The position numbers and the translations under genes are program-made. This document shows positions 48,060 to 62,128 of a DNA stretch of 64,000 nt, piece by piece. A model generated the notes under the pieces. That model was not told the origin of the DNA. It ran no database searches and worked only from the letters and a program-made list of their open reading frames with translations. How positions within the stretch are numbered: position 1 is the stretch's first letter; the number at the start of each line of letters is the position of its first letter. The stretch comes from Eremomyces bilateralis CBS 781.70 (lineage: Eukaryota). The stretch lies in assembly GCA_010015585.1 (NCBI GenBank), contig ML975157.1. The stretch is one strand, 5' to 3'.

Positions 48060-49858
48060 TTACTCCTTTGCCATCCTTACATTATAGCGACACCACTTTT
48101 GGCCTACGCCCTTCTTCTTCACCCGGAACTTTCTACTCGATTTCCATCCAGATTTTCGGTTGATATTTAAGCCTCCGACATAGGTTCCGCTGTCATTCAT
48201 CTCACGACTTCCTCTATAACTATACTCCTCGATATTAGACAGGATGCCATGGAACTCGCTTTTTAGAAATTTAGGGAAGAGGCACAGGCCCTGCACTCTT
48301 TTGTCCTCGATTCCATCCAAACAGACGAGGAAGTCCATGCCATGGTGTTTAAACTTGATATCCTGTATTTCGACAGTCGTAGAGGAGTCCTCAACCGATA
48401 GAGTGGGGCCGTCCCATAGGTTTGGAAATGCGATCAGCGAGGTCATGCGGTTCCAGCCCATCGACAGGCCGTGCTCGACGACCTCGCTTCCACTGGGATA
48501 CTGATAGTGGCTGGCCAAGTTCTTGTCGGTATGCCACTGCATCAGCGGCTTCGACCCGGGGATACCTGTGACAAACCAACACAGATCCTCATTCTTCGCG
48601 CAATAACAGTCAACGCGATCGGATGTTGGCAGTACGTCACGCACAAACTTATTGAACGTAACCTTTGTGGGAGGTCCAATCGTCCCCAGGCGCATCGTCA
48701 ACCATGGGGCGACGTTGTCTTTGTAGAGCCTTTCGGCACAATATGGGAGAAAACCCTTGGCGAACTGGTTTGTGGGGCAGCCTCGTTTTGGACTTCCGGT
48801 TCCTTCCAGAGAAAGGCAGAGGCATGCACCTCTCTGATTTTCAAATATCTCCGCCTCAAGTCGGCTATGGAGAGACCTAGTTCTTGGAAGAGCCTTTCAA
48901 TTGCTTTGATGTTTCCGGCCGATGGCGCTGCATTCGGGTGTATATAGCCCTCCAGACCGGCCAATATGGACCACGTCTCCTCGATGTCCGAAAGTTTCTC
49001 CTTGCGCATTATCATGTCCAACAGCATAGACACAATCCCCCGGTATAGCACGTTGATATCTCCGAAGACGGCAGATCCTGCTGTCAAGTACAGGAGATTG
49101 TGGCATTCTGCAGTGCCTCTCTTGCGTCGGTCTAGGCGCTTGCTAGAGACTAATTCTTGAAGCCACTTGACCGGACCCTTGTGTTTATCCGCATACGGGA
49201 GTTTGTCGTTAAGCAGAAGATCCGCCGCCTTGTCAACGGTTTGCATGGAATAACCAGAAATACAGCGCTGGAGCATATCGGCCAGTTCCTTGATATCAGG
49301 GGATGGAAACCTTTTGTGTATCTGTTTCGTGAGCTTGTTCTGAGGTATCTTGACGCACATGTGAGTGAAACCGCCCGACTCCTTTACACCGAGTATGCCT
49401 CCTGTTTCAAAAAGTTCCGCCTCTTCGACCACTTTAGCATGTTTGAACAGGGAAGACAATGAGGACGAAACTTCCGGAATAGGCGATAGAGTGTCCCAGA
49501 GGAGAGGTACTGCGCGACCGGAAGCTGGATCCACCACTGCTAAATTTCCATATTGTCGGAGGAACTTTTTGCAAACCGAGCAATTCGCCGTCTGTCGAAT
49601 GCTTGGGTCGAACGCACTGAGATACGTATCAGCGAGATCAGTGGTCAGCCTCGCACGAAAGATGGGCGAGTCTGGCCACCGGGCGAGAATCGTATCAATT
49701 GAGTTTTGCAAGTGCGCCGCAAAGTATAGTTCCCAGGTGTTGGCCTCTTCGTTAGAGTTTGCGCCTGGGGGACGATGTATGGAAAGTTCATGGGAATTTG
49801 CTGTGCGTTCTGGTTCTCCAGCAACGTCCGCATAGATTTCGGTCAAGTCCGAATCCAT
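48060..49858 (-). pseudogene. Intronless hypothetical gene split into two overlapping frames at ~48700; resembles an uncharacterised bacterial/phage protein family
   Basis: ORF1 (likely start MDSDL, 49858): YLSAF..RQTANCSVCKKFLRQYGNL, GGFTHM, YIHPNAAPSAGNI, VFSHI. ORF2: VTFNKFVRDVLPT, PLMQW, LFPKFLKSEFHGI...IEEYS. No usable intron at the junction. Confidence 0.6.
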
Positions 49859-50598
49859 TTCAAATTGATCTCGGATCCAAATACTCACGAAAACTTCAAA
49901 TCTGCTACAATCGAGCTCGGAAAGATCCTTTATTAATAAATAGAGGAATGGATTGTGACTCAAATAAGGCTCTGTGGCTCGATTCAATCAAGAATGGCTG
50001 GGAAGTGAGACGATTGCGTGAGAATGGCCCGAATGGACGCGCCGACGCGAACAACAGCGCGGACTCGGACACTTATCTTCAACTTACATATAGTTTCAGG
50101 GGACAGAACTTCCAGCCATTGAAGAGCACCAATTATGGTGATTGTGGCGCCTCTGGCAAGAAGGAAATACGAGATCATCAACTCGATCTGATGGTTCGAG
50201 GTCGGTTAAGACTCTGCTCCGCCTCTATCCATAGAAGAACTAAGAGGGCACGGGCAGATAATTGCCTTGCTTACGGCTGAGAGCGAAGATACCTGCCTGT
50301 ACCTTACTCAACCGAAGAAGCATGATTGATATGGTAGTTCTGGTACTCAAGATATTGCTTACCGGAAAGTTATCATGGCGACTTTGCGAGTTCGAATAGA
50401 TATTACTAATTATAGTTACGTACGGAATACTCAACCGAAGGTTCCGTAGTACTGTAGTTAATGGAAGGTGATAGCCTGAGAGGCCCTCTCTGACTCTCTG
50501 TCTCTCTCTTGGCCAACGCAGCACGTGCATGCCTCAACGAATTACGCCTCCGCCCCATCCGCCCCTCCCACCTCCTCTCCGCTCTCTCAACTTCCACC

Positions 50599-50650
50599 TT
50601 CCGCTTCGGACTTCCGTTTCCGCCTTCCGTTTCCGCCTTCCGCCTTCCGC
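50599..50650. repeat. (C)TTCCG(C/T) microsatellite-like tract upstream of RGP1
   Basis: ttccgcttcggacttccgtttccgccttccgtttccgccttccgccttccgc. Confidence 0.7.
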
Positions 50651-50892
50651 AACATCATCATCCTATTCCGTCTCCCTCGCGGCCGGTATTGAACCACTTC
50701 TGCATATACCCGTACACTACCCCTTCATTACCCCTTCACGACCTCGAACACGATATTTATCCTCCATAATAATGTCCCTACCATAACCGCACCGAAGTGA
50801 CCCAATTTGTACGAGTCCACCAGAGTAAATGAGCTTCCTGTTACCTCTTTTGTCGCGGCGCATGCCGACGCGACGGGTGTCCATACGATAGG

Positions 50893-53430
50893 ATGCCACC
50901 CCCCTCCAACCTTCGAGTCTCCGTGCAGTGGAAACAACCGGCAATATTCGCTGGAGAGGATGTCGAATGTATCATTACCTTCAAGAATGTTGCCCACACG
51001 CCGGAAGACAGACCAGTCGGCCCTCCAACAAGACCGAACGGCGTTGAGATACCACGATACAAAGCTAGTCGACGAGACCGACCGCAATCACACACCCGCA
51101 ATTCTTCGCTGAATTCGCAATTCTCTATTCCTGTTGGCCGTGGGCATCGGCCGACACTGTCGGTTCAAACGGCTTCTGCTCGTGCACCGAACGGGTCAAT
51201 CGCGGAGAGTGCCGAAACCCCCCTCAGTTCCGCTGCGACTCCACGGCCCAACCATGGCCGTTCACTATCAATTATCTCTCTAGGATCGCAGAGCAATGGC
51301 GTAAATAGCTCGGGGCAACCGGTTGAAACAAGCAGGTCTCGGAAACGGAACCATGGTCGGTCATCAAGCGCCCAGCTTGTTTCCAGCCATGCGTCCACAG
51401 GTCCACACGCTGGTAAGTTGTATATGAAATCTCTTAGCTACCGCATCCGCTTACAATCTTCACCTTTTAGGGCAGCGTGGTACCCCTCAGACCTCTCACC
51501 AAGGAACACCTCCAGTAATCCGCGAAGATCGGGACGAGGTCTCTGAATCGTTAGCATCAGAACTAGACGCTGTTTCTGGGCAGGATTGGGGTGAGCCAAG
51601 GTACAATGGACCTCCCCCAATCCACACCGACTTTAAATTCCCTCCTTCAACGTCTCCGATACCGAGTATCGAATCGAAGGCGCTGGCGCCGGCGCCTGAA
51701 ATCATTACGCCGGAATTCCCCTTGACGCCGCACTCAAGACCCCGATCCCCGCGATCCAGCCACATTCCTCAGTCTTCGCCGTCAGTGAACCCCATCGCAC
51801 GGATTCTCTCCGGAACAAGTGTTGCGGAGACGCCAAGGAGTAGCATGGACGTTTATTCCATGAGCAATCATTCGAGCGAGACACTGATTTCCGAATATGC
51901 CCCTCACCCATCGGCTCGGCTTCTCCCCCGGGCCTTACGGCTACCTCGAATAGCGACACAGCCGCCGAAAGCGTCTCAACCGGAGGTTCTTATGATGGGC
52001 TATGCCCAGGTTATAGGATCATTCACAGTCGACGGTGCCATAATCGACCAAGAACCTTTCGAGGAGGTGAAACGGAAGGGCGTAGTTGGTGGCTACGGTG
52101 GAGGTGGTGTCGTGGGAATCCATTCATCCAAAACCGACAGTGGAATCTTTGGCGGTTTCGGCTGGGGAAGCATTGGGGAAGGACTTGGTAGTCTTCTCCG
52201 GCCTGGGGAGCAGAGCAGTATCAAAGACATGCGAGGCATTGCAAGCTCGAAGAGCGTGCCTTTACTAACCACACCTCAATCCATCCTGTTTGTGGATGAT
52301 CGGTTGGCGCCCGGCCAGTCTCGGACATATTCGTATAGCTTCACGTTACCGAAAGGCCTTCCTCCCAGTCACAGAGGCAGGGCCATTAAAATCTCCTATC
52401 GTCTTGTCATAGGCACCCAACGGCCCGGATCAACCAGAGACCAACAGGTCCGATCTGTGGAAGTGCCGTTTCGGGTGCTTGGCAGTGTCAACTGTGAGTC
52501 CCGTGGTTCCTCGCTTGGGAAATTGATTGCTGACCAGCTACAGCTCGAGGCGAAGTGTTGGGGCACGATTTGATGTCACCTTACATTATTCTTCGGGATC
52601 AAGCGAGAACATCGCCGATGGATCCCGCGTCCCCATCGCAACCACTAGCCCCGCGGATAAAAAAGAAAGGGCAAGACTCCACTCAAGCTGAATTTATGGA
52701 GTATGTGGGCGGTCTACTCGACAAGCCACGACAGAACTCCAGTATAGGGTTATTATCTCCAACAGAGCACGGTAACCGCCGGCTATCCCGTGCAGAGGAA
52801 CCACAAAACGCCAACGAAGCGGTTGCCCTGGCGATCATGAGGAGTAATGCAACTGGTTTCGGGAATCAGAGCTCGAATCGGTTCGATATCTCCCGAAGCG
52901 GGCGACGTGTCGCAACCATTGTTCTCGTTCGCCCGGCATTCCGGCTCGGAGAAACCGTCTCGGCAGTCGTGGATTTCTCCGGGGCCGATATTCCGTCCTA
53001 TTTTATCGAAGCATCTTTGGAAACATCTGAAGCGATCGATCATACCATTGCGCTTCGATCGCCGACCAGCATTCATCGGGTGACGCGCAAGGTCTGGTCC
53101 ACCTTGGCGGAAGTTGCCCTCTTTGCATCGAGAGTGACGTTTTCCCCCACAATACCCCGGACAGCGACGCCTGATTTTGTTACGACGGGGGTCAGTCTGA
53201 ATTGGATTTTGCGCTTTGAGTTTGTGACCCCCCGGTTGGTGAATGAGTTTGGGGAAGAAGTACGCTGGGACAAAGTGCTGGAAGAGCTGTCGGATGACGA
53301 TCGGGGGGGCATTCTTGGTGCTACTGACCGGCTTCACTGCGAGAGTTTTGAAGTGACGGTCCCGATCCGAGTCTACGGGTCCGTTGGCGATGCAGAAGAA
53401 ACAACTGAACCTGAGAGTCTTGTAGTATAA
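50893..53430 (+). CDS. RGP1: Rgp1, subunit of the Ric1-Rgp1 Ypt6/Rab6 GEF (introns 51413-51470, 52494-52543)
   Basis: IFAGEDVECIITFKN, LMMGYAQVIGSF, PLLTTPQSILFVD, LPKGLPPSHRG, VEVPFRV, TPDFVTTGVSLNWILRFEFV. Confidence 0.92.
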
Positions 53431-53599
53431 TCTTGTGTATATTAGTTTTGAGCGTAAGCTGGTTACCCCATGGCACATAACGCCATCTATAATAGAAGCA
53501 AATGATATTGGTTGTTGAGACACAAAAACGATACTCTCCATAGCTTCAATAGGTTGCCGTTGACTGATTCCTCTCTAGGAATTCACCGAACACGGGCAT

Positions 53600-55490
53600 C
53601 TAAAGCTTTGAGGTTAGCTTGAGTTCCTTCTTCGCCCTTTCCCGTAGCTCGCGACGGAGAAGTTTGCCGATTGCGTTCTTGGGTAGCACGTCGACGAACA
53701 CGACACCCCCTCTCAACTGTTTATATGGGGCGAGACGCGAAGCAATGAAGTCTTTCACCCCTTGTTCATTGATCTTGCTCTGGTCGGCCACAACGTATGC
53801 CCTTGGCACCTCACTCCCTCCTTCATCGGCAACGCCACACACAGCTGCCTCGAGGATGGCCGGATGGGTGATGAGGGTGTTCTCAAGCTCAGCTGGGGCG
53901 ATTTGGAGTCCCTTGTATTTGAGGAGCTCCTAAACCAAATGTCAGTCCGTTCCATAGTCAAAGCAATCTAGCGGACGAGATTCAAGACCAACCTTCTTCC
54001 TATCCACGACATAGAACTTGCCACCGCGATCGACGCCAATGTCGCCCGTGCAGAACCATCCGTCTCGGAAGGCATCACGGGTAGCCTCAGGGTTTCGGAA
54101 GTATCCCCTAGTGACCACGGGACCTCGGAGGATGAGTTCTCCCTCCTGTCCTGGCGCTACGTCGTTCATGTCGTCGTCGACGATTCGGAGGTCGATATTT
54201 GGTAGCAGGGGGCTTATACTGCCTGTGTCGTCGTACTCGCCGCGAGGCATGGTTGTAACGGCACCAGTGGTCTCACTAAGTCCCCAGGTCTGCGCGATGT
54301 GCGTTTCCCCTTCCCCTAGTCTCGAGTTGGCAGCCTTCTGAAGCTTCTCATCCATGGGAGCGGCTCCTGTGATGGCGGCCTGCAGATATTTGAAATGATC
54401 CGTCACGTCCGGCGACTTCGCCATTCTCAGGTAGATGGAAGGGACCGTGTACAGCACGGTGATCTTCAACTTTTTGTTCAGCTCGAGGAAGGATTTCCAC
54501 TCGAATTTGCGCATCCAGCATACTTCGCTGCCGGAAAAGAGAGGGCTTATCAGGTAGCCAAACACACCCGCAATGTGTGCAATGGGTAAATGAGCGAGCG
54601 TTCGGCCCTCTGGCAGAGTCCGACCTGCTTCAATTTCTTTCGCCGCCCACTCTCTACCCTGCACGGATGGGAGGATAAGTTCCGCAACCAAGTTCCTATG
54701 AGATACCATCACACCTGATTTCATGTTAAGGAACGTTTCCACTGATTCATCTAGCACGAGACCTACCTTTGGGTTCGCCCGTCGTTCCTGACGAGTAGAG
54801 CAAGATGGCCAGGCTGTCCTCCAGCTCCTTTCTGTCGGTGATCCGCTTCCATGTCAATCTTTTGCTCGAAATAACCTGATTGGATCCTTGGACAGGCGCC
54901 AGACTCCAAGTAGGGCTCGATTGAAGCACCAGAACGCGGTCTTTTCCAAGACCCGCCGCCTCGGCAGCTTGGACAGCGACGCTTTCTAGATCAGGACTGC
55001 AGACCAAAAGGTTGCTGAGGCCCTGCTTGATCTGACGCGCCAGCTCCGGGGGTGTGAAGGAGGGACTTGCGGCAGAGAACACCCCCCCGGCAGCAACAAC
55101 GCCATAGAGAAGAGCAGCTGCTAGCGGTTGGCCAGTGGAAAAGACGACTACCGCGTCCTTGTTGGGTCCGTTGGCGCCAATTCCATACTGACTTCGAAGT
55201 CCATGGGCAATCTTTTCCGAAGTCTCGCGCAACGTAGCCTTGGTGAGGTAGTTGTTAGGATTGGTGGCTTCTGAATGGAGACGGGCATCCTCCGGCGTGG
55301 CACAATGTTCGGAATCTATAGATACTTGTGTTAGGACAAGCAGTTGCAGGTATTATACAGCTGGCATATTGGTGTAGAACATTGAGGGTACGGTGAATTT
55401 CATAGTAAGTAGCGACATACCAAACAGAAGGGTGAGGATATCGAGGTCCGGAATGTCAACCGTTCTCGGATTTCGATATATACGAGACAT
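53600..55490 (-). CDS. 4-coumarate/phenylacetate-CoA ligase-like AMP-binding enzyme with PTS1 (3 introns)
   Basis: YSSGTTGEPKG, QTWGLSET, GWFCTGDIG, VDRKK|ELLKYKG, LRGGVVFVDVLPKNAIGKLLRR, C-terminal SKL*. Confidence 0.93.
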
Positions 55491-56198
55491 GTTCAACTGA
55501 CTGGGATGCAAAACACCAATTTTCCAGAAAATGAAGATTTTAGCTAGTTAGATAAATAAGCCTGCTCACAAATACTGAGATAAAAATTCGCATTATCATC
55601 GGTCTGCAACAATATCATCTTCAAGGGGCGAATAGGCGGGGATATTTGGCCCTCGGGGACATGAGTCGGGAGCAGATGCGGGGCATGTTGACCCTCGGAT
55701 CCAGCCAACGAAACAAGGTTTACCATGCAAGATGTTTTTCAGGACTCGTAGATGCATCAATAATTTCATCATGACCTATCTTCATAATCATAGTCCATGG
55801 ACTGACGCTACACTCCATGAGCGCGTGGCCATTCGTAACAGTTGGACTAAAAGACGTTGCGACGTTGAACGATGTGGAGAAGCCAGGGCAGAGTAAACGC
55901 GGACCACGTGATCGTCCACCTATTCCATCCTTCCCACTTTCTCCAGACCTTGCGCCACAGCGCCAGCTTCGCGACACGATCCTGCAGACGGGTTTTATTG
56001 CCTCGTCGAATGTACTCTTCTTCAAGTTCAGAGGCAATGCTATGCTCCCTAACTGAAGATGGTCTGCAGAATCCCATTTCTCGCGACTGATTGCAATTTG
56101 CGGAGGTCGTCAAGAGACCAGCCATGAGCCACCACCATGTCCTTGCCTCTTGTCTCTTTTCGGGGTTTCAAGAGTTCGGATCCGACCCAATTGAACCC

Positions 56199-59100
56199 TC
56201 ACAGCTTCGCATGTCTGGCCCGGAATATGGCCACCTTATCATCGTAATATAGGATCTCTCTAAGCCTCAGTCTGAGCCGTCCCTTCCCCTCGCTATAGTC
56301 CCAATCTTCATCGAACTCGTCCCACTCCTCGTCGCTCCGGTGCACATACCCCAGGCCATCGGCACCGACACCGTCAAGCGCATCATAGTCAATGTCCAGC
56401 TCCTGCTCGTTGTCATCGGCTGTCTCCTCGTCTTCATCCTCAGTCTCCATGTCATCCGCGCTGTCCGATTCCGTGCCCGATACATCCGAGGCGGGAGGCG
56501 GAGTAACAACGGCGCCATTAGATGGACCCGATGATGACTCTGTCGCATTATGGGCGATAGGAGGGGTATGGCCTACGCCGACATTGTTGCTCGCCCCGCC
56601 AACGGCTTCCTCTGCGTTGGTGGAGCTAAAGTCCTTGGACGTCTTCCCACTGCCCTCTGATTGCCCAGGTATAGTGTCGCGCGGCGGTCCCGCCGGAGGA
56701 TGTGGAACCGGAGTCTTCTCCTCTAGCACCTCGAAGCACTTGTTCGCAATGCCGACGAATACGATCTCGACCTCCGGTCTGAGAGCCACAACGTCCAGAA
56801 CCTGCATTGCTAGCTCACGTCCATCGATTCCGGGCCCGGCCGGATGGTCAGCAATATGCGGTACGTACAGGCTACGTAGGCCTTTGAGACCAGGTAAGCG
56901 CTGAAGGAAAAGGTGCCAATCGCCATAATCTATGCAACCGCCAAACTCGCGGAGGTTGGACATCGCGCCGGAAGTCATGTAGGACAGGAATCGACGAGGC
57001 AGCAACCAACGACGGAACTGTTGGTTCCCAGGATGTGGAATGGCTGCTTGAGGCGGAATCGCAGGCGGCGCGTTTACGGCAACATGCTGGTTTGCGGGGA
57101 CATTGATTTGGACGACCACGCCAGGGCCATGCTGATGAACGGGAGGGCCGACCGCTGGTGGAGGGATCGCTGGAGGTGGCGGGTTTGGCACATTGTGCTG
57201 CATGGGAATGTGTCCATCGTCCGAGGATTGGTCGGAAGAGTCAATGAGAAGCTTACGAAGGGAGCGAGCGTGTCGGCGGATGGCGGTGAAGATGGGGATG
57301 AAGGGAACGGAGGAGTTATAGTGGCGAGAGTCTTGTAGGAAGAGAACTTCGAGGGAGTTGGGGGCCAGGGTATCGCGGATGAAAGAGAGAAGCGCGGCGG
57401 TTACGGTGTTGCAGTGGATGCGTTTGATGTTTAGGGGGTAGTCAGATGGCGATGAATCACCATCAGCGCGGAACGAGAATGCGTTCGAAGAAGCGGAACT
57501 TCGCTGATAGGGACCACTTCTTGTAGTACCATTTCCTCCACCAGTTCCAGTGAATGGGTCGGGTGACGACAGCCTTGATCGGGTTGGTGTGAAATGACGT
57601 CTTAAAGCTTTAAACAGATTTTCATGGCCCTGGCAATTGAGGAGCGTCAGACTTGTCAAGGTACTCCAGTCAATCGCCTTCTGTACGACCGTTAAGCTGA
57701 TCGAAACCCTTTCCAGCTCAAGTATTTCAAGCTTGAGGGAGTTGTTCAAACAAGGACCGGAGATTCTCGATAGCAAACTTCTTTCCAGAGCGACTTGATC
57801 CGCAACTCCAGCATTTGTTGCGGCGCGGTAGAATTCCCGCAGCGCATCCAGAGTTGCGCTTGCGTCGCTTGAGCCGTCTTCGGTACTCTGCTTGATGAAC
57901 TTGGATATTGATTGCAAGAAGGTGTTGCTCGAAGACGAGGAGCCTGTGGAGCTGGCCGCGCTATGCATGCTGGCCTCTGGAACCTTGGTCGTCTTCTGGA
58001 TGCTTTCCTCGAAGCCCAGCTTCTTGGCTAAGGACTTGAATTTCGCTAGGGCTGCCATCTCATTTGGAAATTCCTCCCGTTTCGCTTGGGCGTACAATGC
58101 ATCGTTGTTTCTTAGGTTGAATACGCGTCCCACCAACACTCCGAGAACCCCACCGAGTCGCTTTTCGGGGATCCCGACTCCCTTGCCAATTGAACCCAAT
58201 GAAGGCTCGCATTGCCAAGTCGTGCTATGGTCAACTTGATGTATGCCGTCACCTTCCCACACGCTTGCCCAGTGTCGCGAGACGGCATGCTTCGCGACAC
58301 CGACCCGAAGCTCCTTGAGTTGATTCTGGCTTCGGCCGATGAGAATAGACATCTCGTCGAGATACGACAGTTCGTCGATATCCAAGACCGTGAGGGATTT
58401 TAACGGCGGCAGGATCGAGAACGTCGGGTGTTCGACCAAGTCATCTAAGTATCCGTAGTTGTGCGACGCCTGCGCCAATGGCACAGGAGTCTGCTGCACT
58501 GGAAGTGCATTCTGCGTGGGGCCTGTGCCAACCGGGACGCTGGAGTTTTGCGGTGGTGGAAGATTCATGACTTGCGGTGGCGGAGGTAGGCCAGTCGCAG
58601 GAAAGTTGTTGTGCCAGCGGATCCACACCCGCTCAAGCCGACAATCCTTCCCGTCGTTTCGATCGGCCAGGCTCGACAGGGCGAGCCAGATATCCCGAAG
58701 CACCCCGGTGGGCATGTCCCAGATGAACGCCTCCAGGTTCCGCATCCGAGCCACGGCGAGCGCGACGAGGGTCCCCAGCATTTTCCCGCATTCCTTGGTG
58801 ATGAGATACTCCGACGTCCAATCTTCTGGGCCGTCGCCCAGGCTAAACTTCTTCGTGTATTGCGCATAGTTGTTCCCTCGCCGTCGCTTGGGGGGGGCCG
58901 GGATTTCCACGAGGTTGCCATATGGGTCGCGGACCATCCGGGTGGGTTGCGTCGATTGGGTTTGGTGTGGCGCTTCGCCGAATGCATCGTCCGCCATGAC
59001 CAGAGTTGCCAGTCCGTACGTCAGCGCATCGACGCCGCTTCTGGGCTCGATGTTGGGCTGGCTGTCCGGCCAGACGATATCGAAGCGGGAGTAGATTTGC

Positions 59101-59444
59101 GGTATGCATAACGAATGGAGGACGGAATGGCAGAGTGCGAGTGCGGTCAGGTCGTTGGTATGGGGAAGCTGAACGGCTTAGTTGGTTCCTAGCCAGCGGA
59201 GAACTGCTCTTACATTCTCAATGATTTCCTGGAGGATGTCGACCGGCAGATCCAACAGCCGAAGCGGTCGCTTTCTTTCATCGACGACCGTCCATTCCTT
59301 CTCTTTCCCCTTGGACAACTTCGTTGGTAGGGTCGCAGCGCTGACCTCTACATGGTGAAAGTCTTCTGGCGGTGCTGCAACACTGATAGCGACGGGTGGT
59401 ATCAACCCGTTCGTGTTACTTTGCTCCGTACCAGATACGCTCAT
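56199..59444 (-). CDS. F-box domain protein with LRR-like body and acidic tail (intron 59169-59213)
   Basis: LLDLPVDILQEIIEN|LPHTNDLTALAL...IYSRFDIVWP, GNNYAQYTKKFSLG, FIWDMPTGVL, terminal LREILYYDDKVAIFRARH. Confidence 0.85.
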
Positions 59445-60159
59445 CGTTCTATCGTGAGTTACATCCAGATATAGGATATCCGACGTCGGGTAGTCGTACT
59501 ATTCTAGCCAGAGTGGTGCAGAAGGGACGGGAGAGCAGATGTCCAGCTCTCTCGAAACAGCTCAAAACGCACGGCACGGTGGCTCGTTCAACAATCGGGG
59601 TGGCATCGAACTTCCAGAAAGACGTATAGAGGTACTCTGTACTGATTAATATAATTTCTGGGATGTGGCGGTCGTTCTTGTAATCAAAATCGGGGGGGCT
59701 GGAGGTGGTATGAGAGGTGAACTGGTGGTGGAGGGGAGACGGACTGCGGAGGTGATGAAATGGGTGATGCGTTGATGTGGTTGGCGGGTTGAATGAGGCG
59801 GATACTTCATGCTCTTGGGAAATCCACCCCCGGACATCTCAAGAAATACAAAAATTACGTCTTATTACAGTTGGAGTCCGGCCCCGTACAACACGAAGGT
59901 TTGGGATCACATTGTCAAGCTCCGGTGGCACAATTCTTTCTTGGATGTCCAACCCCAGAGTCAAACAACCTTGAAAGTGGAAATGCGATGCGACGGCCCC
60001 TTGCTGATCGCTCGTCACTAGTCTCAATATTACTAGTCTCAATATATGCGGTCCCGCTGTACCTCGCCTTAACGCCACTGATGATAATAAATCCGCTAGT
60101 CCCATCGACGCAATTCACTCCACAGCCAAACCACTTAATACGGAGTCCTTTGCAAAGGT

Positions 60160-62128
60160 TCACCTCCTCCCACTGACGCTTCCACTCCTTGATAGATCCC
60201 CTATGTGGCCCACTGATGATGCGATGCTATCACTCCTACTACTGTCCACACTCCTCCTCCCAACGAGGCTTGCACTTGAGCTTCTCCTTCTCCACCTCCT
60301 CGTCTCGTTTGGATCGGCGGGAGACAGACCAGATGCTCGTGCGAAGAGGTTCAGGATATCGGTAAGGGAGATGACGCCGCATAGATGGCCAGACAACGTT
60401 GCTCCAGGAAGCGCCGAAAGTTGTGCTGAGGTAAGCGTGGAAGGTGTCTGGTTGGTGACAGGTGTGACGGGTGGGTTAGGAGCGGTGTGCGAAAGGGAGC
60501 CAGACGAACTGAAAGCGGTCGAGTGTGGGGCATTCGGCGGCGGAGAGCCGGCATGGAGTGGTGGTGGAATAACAGGCGGCCCGCTCGGAGGAGGTGCCAA
60601 TACGGAGGGAGTTAGAGCCGGCGTGGAAGGGCCAGAGGAAGCTGGAGAGGGTGCATCGACAACCCACATTCTGTAGAAGTTAGCGAAATCCTCCCAAACC
60701 GCAGGCGGGCGCAGATTTACCTATGCGAACGTGTTGCGACCAGCTTTGCGACGGAGTGTGCGAGGGTTGAGTATGGATTGACATGAAAGACGGGATAGGA
60801 GTCTTTGCCATCGTTGACCCCACGCTCTGAGAGGATGACGGAGATAAAATGGATACAAGAGGATCGCAGGAGCGGAAGGGAGGTCGACTTCGTTAAGAGC
60901 TGAGGTTCAATTAGCAAGCGAAGGACTCGTAAGCGGAACTATTTGCCTTACCCGAACATCGACGTGTGAAATATTGCCAATCACATTATGCTGGTCGTCA
61001 AGGACCGGGAGAGAAGTGATGCCAGCATTGTGCATAAGTTCCAGAGCATCGGTGAGTGGTTTATCGCCGCTGCGATATGTATTAGCATTGATCAAAGCAC
61101 ACTTTCGTATATCACCTACTTGATAGCAACGACCTCCTTGCTGCCCACATTCAGTTCTCTCAAGGTCAAGGAATATAACCCCGCCACCATCGGGAAGTGC
61201 TTTCCATTCTCCCAAAAGAACCTCACCAGTCGCAGCTGGGTCAAAATGCCTACAACCTCTTTGTTCTGCTCTCCATTTTTGACCACGATGATGCGATGAA
61301 CCCCACTCCCAAACAGCTCAACGGCATTCGCGAGCGGAGCGCTCTCCGATAGCGTCACCAGCGGGTCGGCGCGTCCAAGGTCTTTGACATCCTTTAAAGG
61401 AATAGGCTTGCCTTCGCGACCGCGTCGAGCAAGTTCGCGGAATGAGGAGATGTGTGCCTCGTCCGGTTTTGCCAATCCGACGACAAGGAGGAGATAGGCG
61501 TTCAGGTCCGAGTAGTCGAAGGTCCCCACGGCAGTTCTGCTGTTCGGATTCTCCCGCAGGAGGACAACATTTGGGGCTCCGGAATTGATTAGTAGCTGGA
61601 AACCCCGTTAGACGCGCGTGAACAGTTAAGCACCTATCTCCGGATGCTTACCTCCGTCGCTGCTTCCACGGTCATATCCATATCCACAAACCGGACCTCC
61701 GCTTGATCCACGACCTCCCCAACCGTCACCGTCTTCCAATCCCTCCCCTGCCCCATTTGCAGCCCCGTGTCATCTCCCGGTACCCTTCCGACAGGGGGGT
61801 TGTTCAGTAGGTCCTGCAGTGCTTGCTGCGTCAAACTGGGTGTTCGGTGCGGGCGAGGACTTATCGGGCCGCGTAGATTATCCGCCAGCGCTGTGCGGTG
61901 CGAGTTATGTGGGGAAGGGTGTTGTGACATTGACGGGCTGGACGGAGTGCGTAGGTAGACGTCGCGCGAAGGTGGAGAGCGGATGGTGGTCGAGGTGTTG
62001 GAGGAGAGGAGCTGAAGGGGTCGAACCGGGGGAGACTGGCTTGATGCAGGAGGTTCGGAAGGTGTTCTACTTGCAGGCTTGCTTGGCAACGGTGGGGAGG
62101 CGAGTTTCTTTGTCGGATCGTCTGCCAT
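60160..62128 (-). CDS. SDS23: CBS-domain protein Sds23/Moc1 (4 introns)
   Basis: [93 protein letters not shown]. Confidence 0.92.

Noticed and set aside
52783..53541. 252-aa antisense ORF over RGP1
   Set aside because: Overlaps a well-supported conserved gene and has no protein-like motifs.
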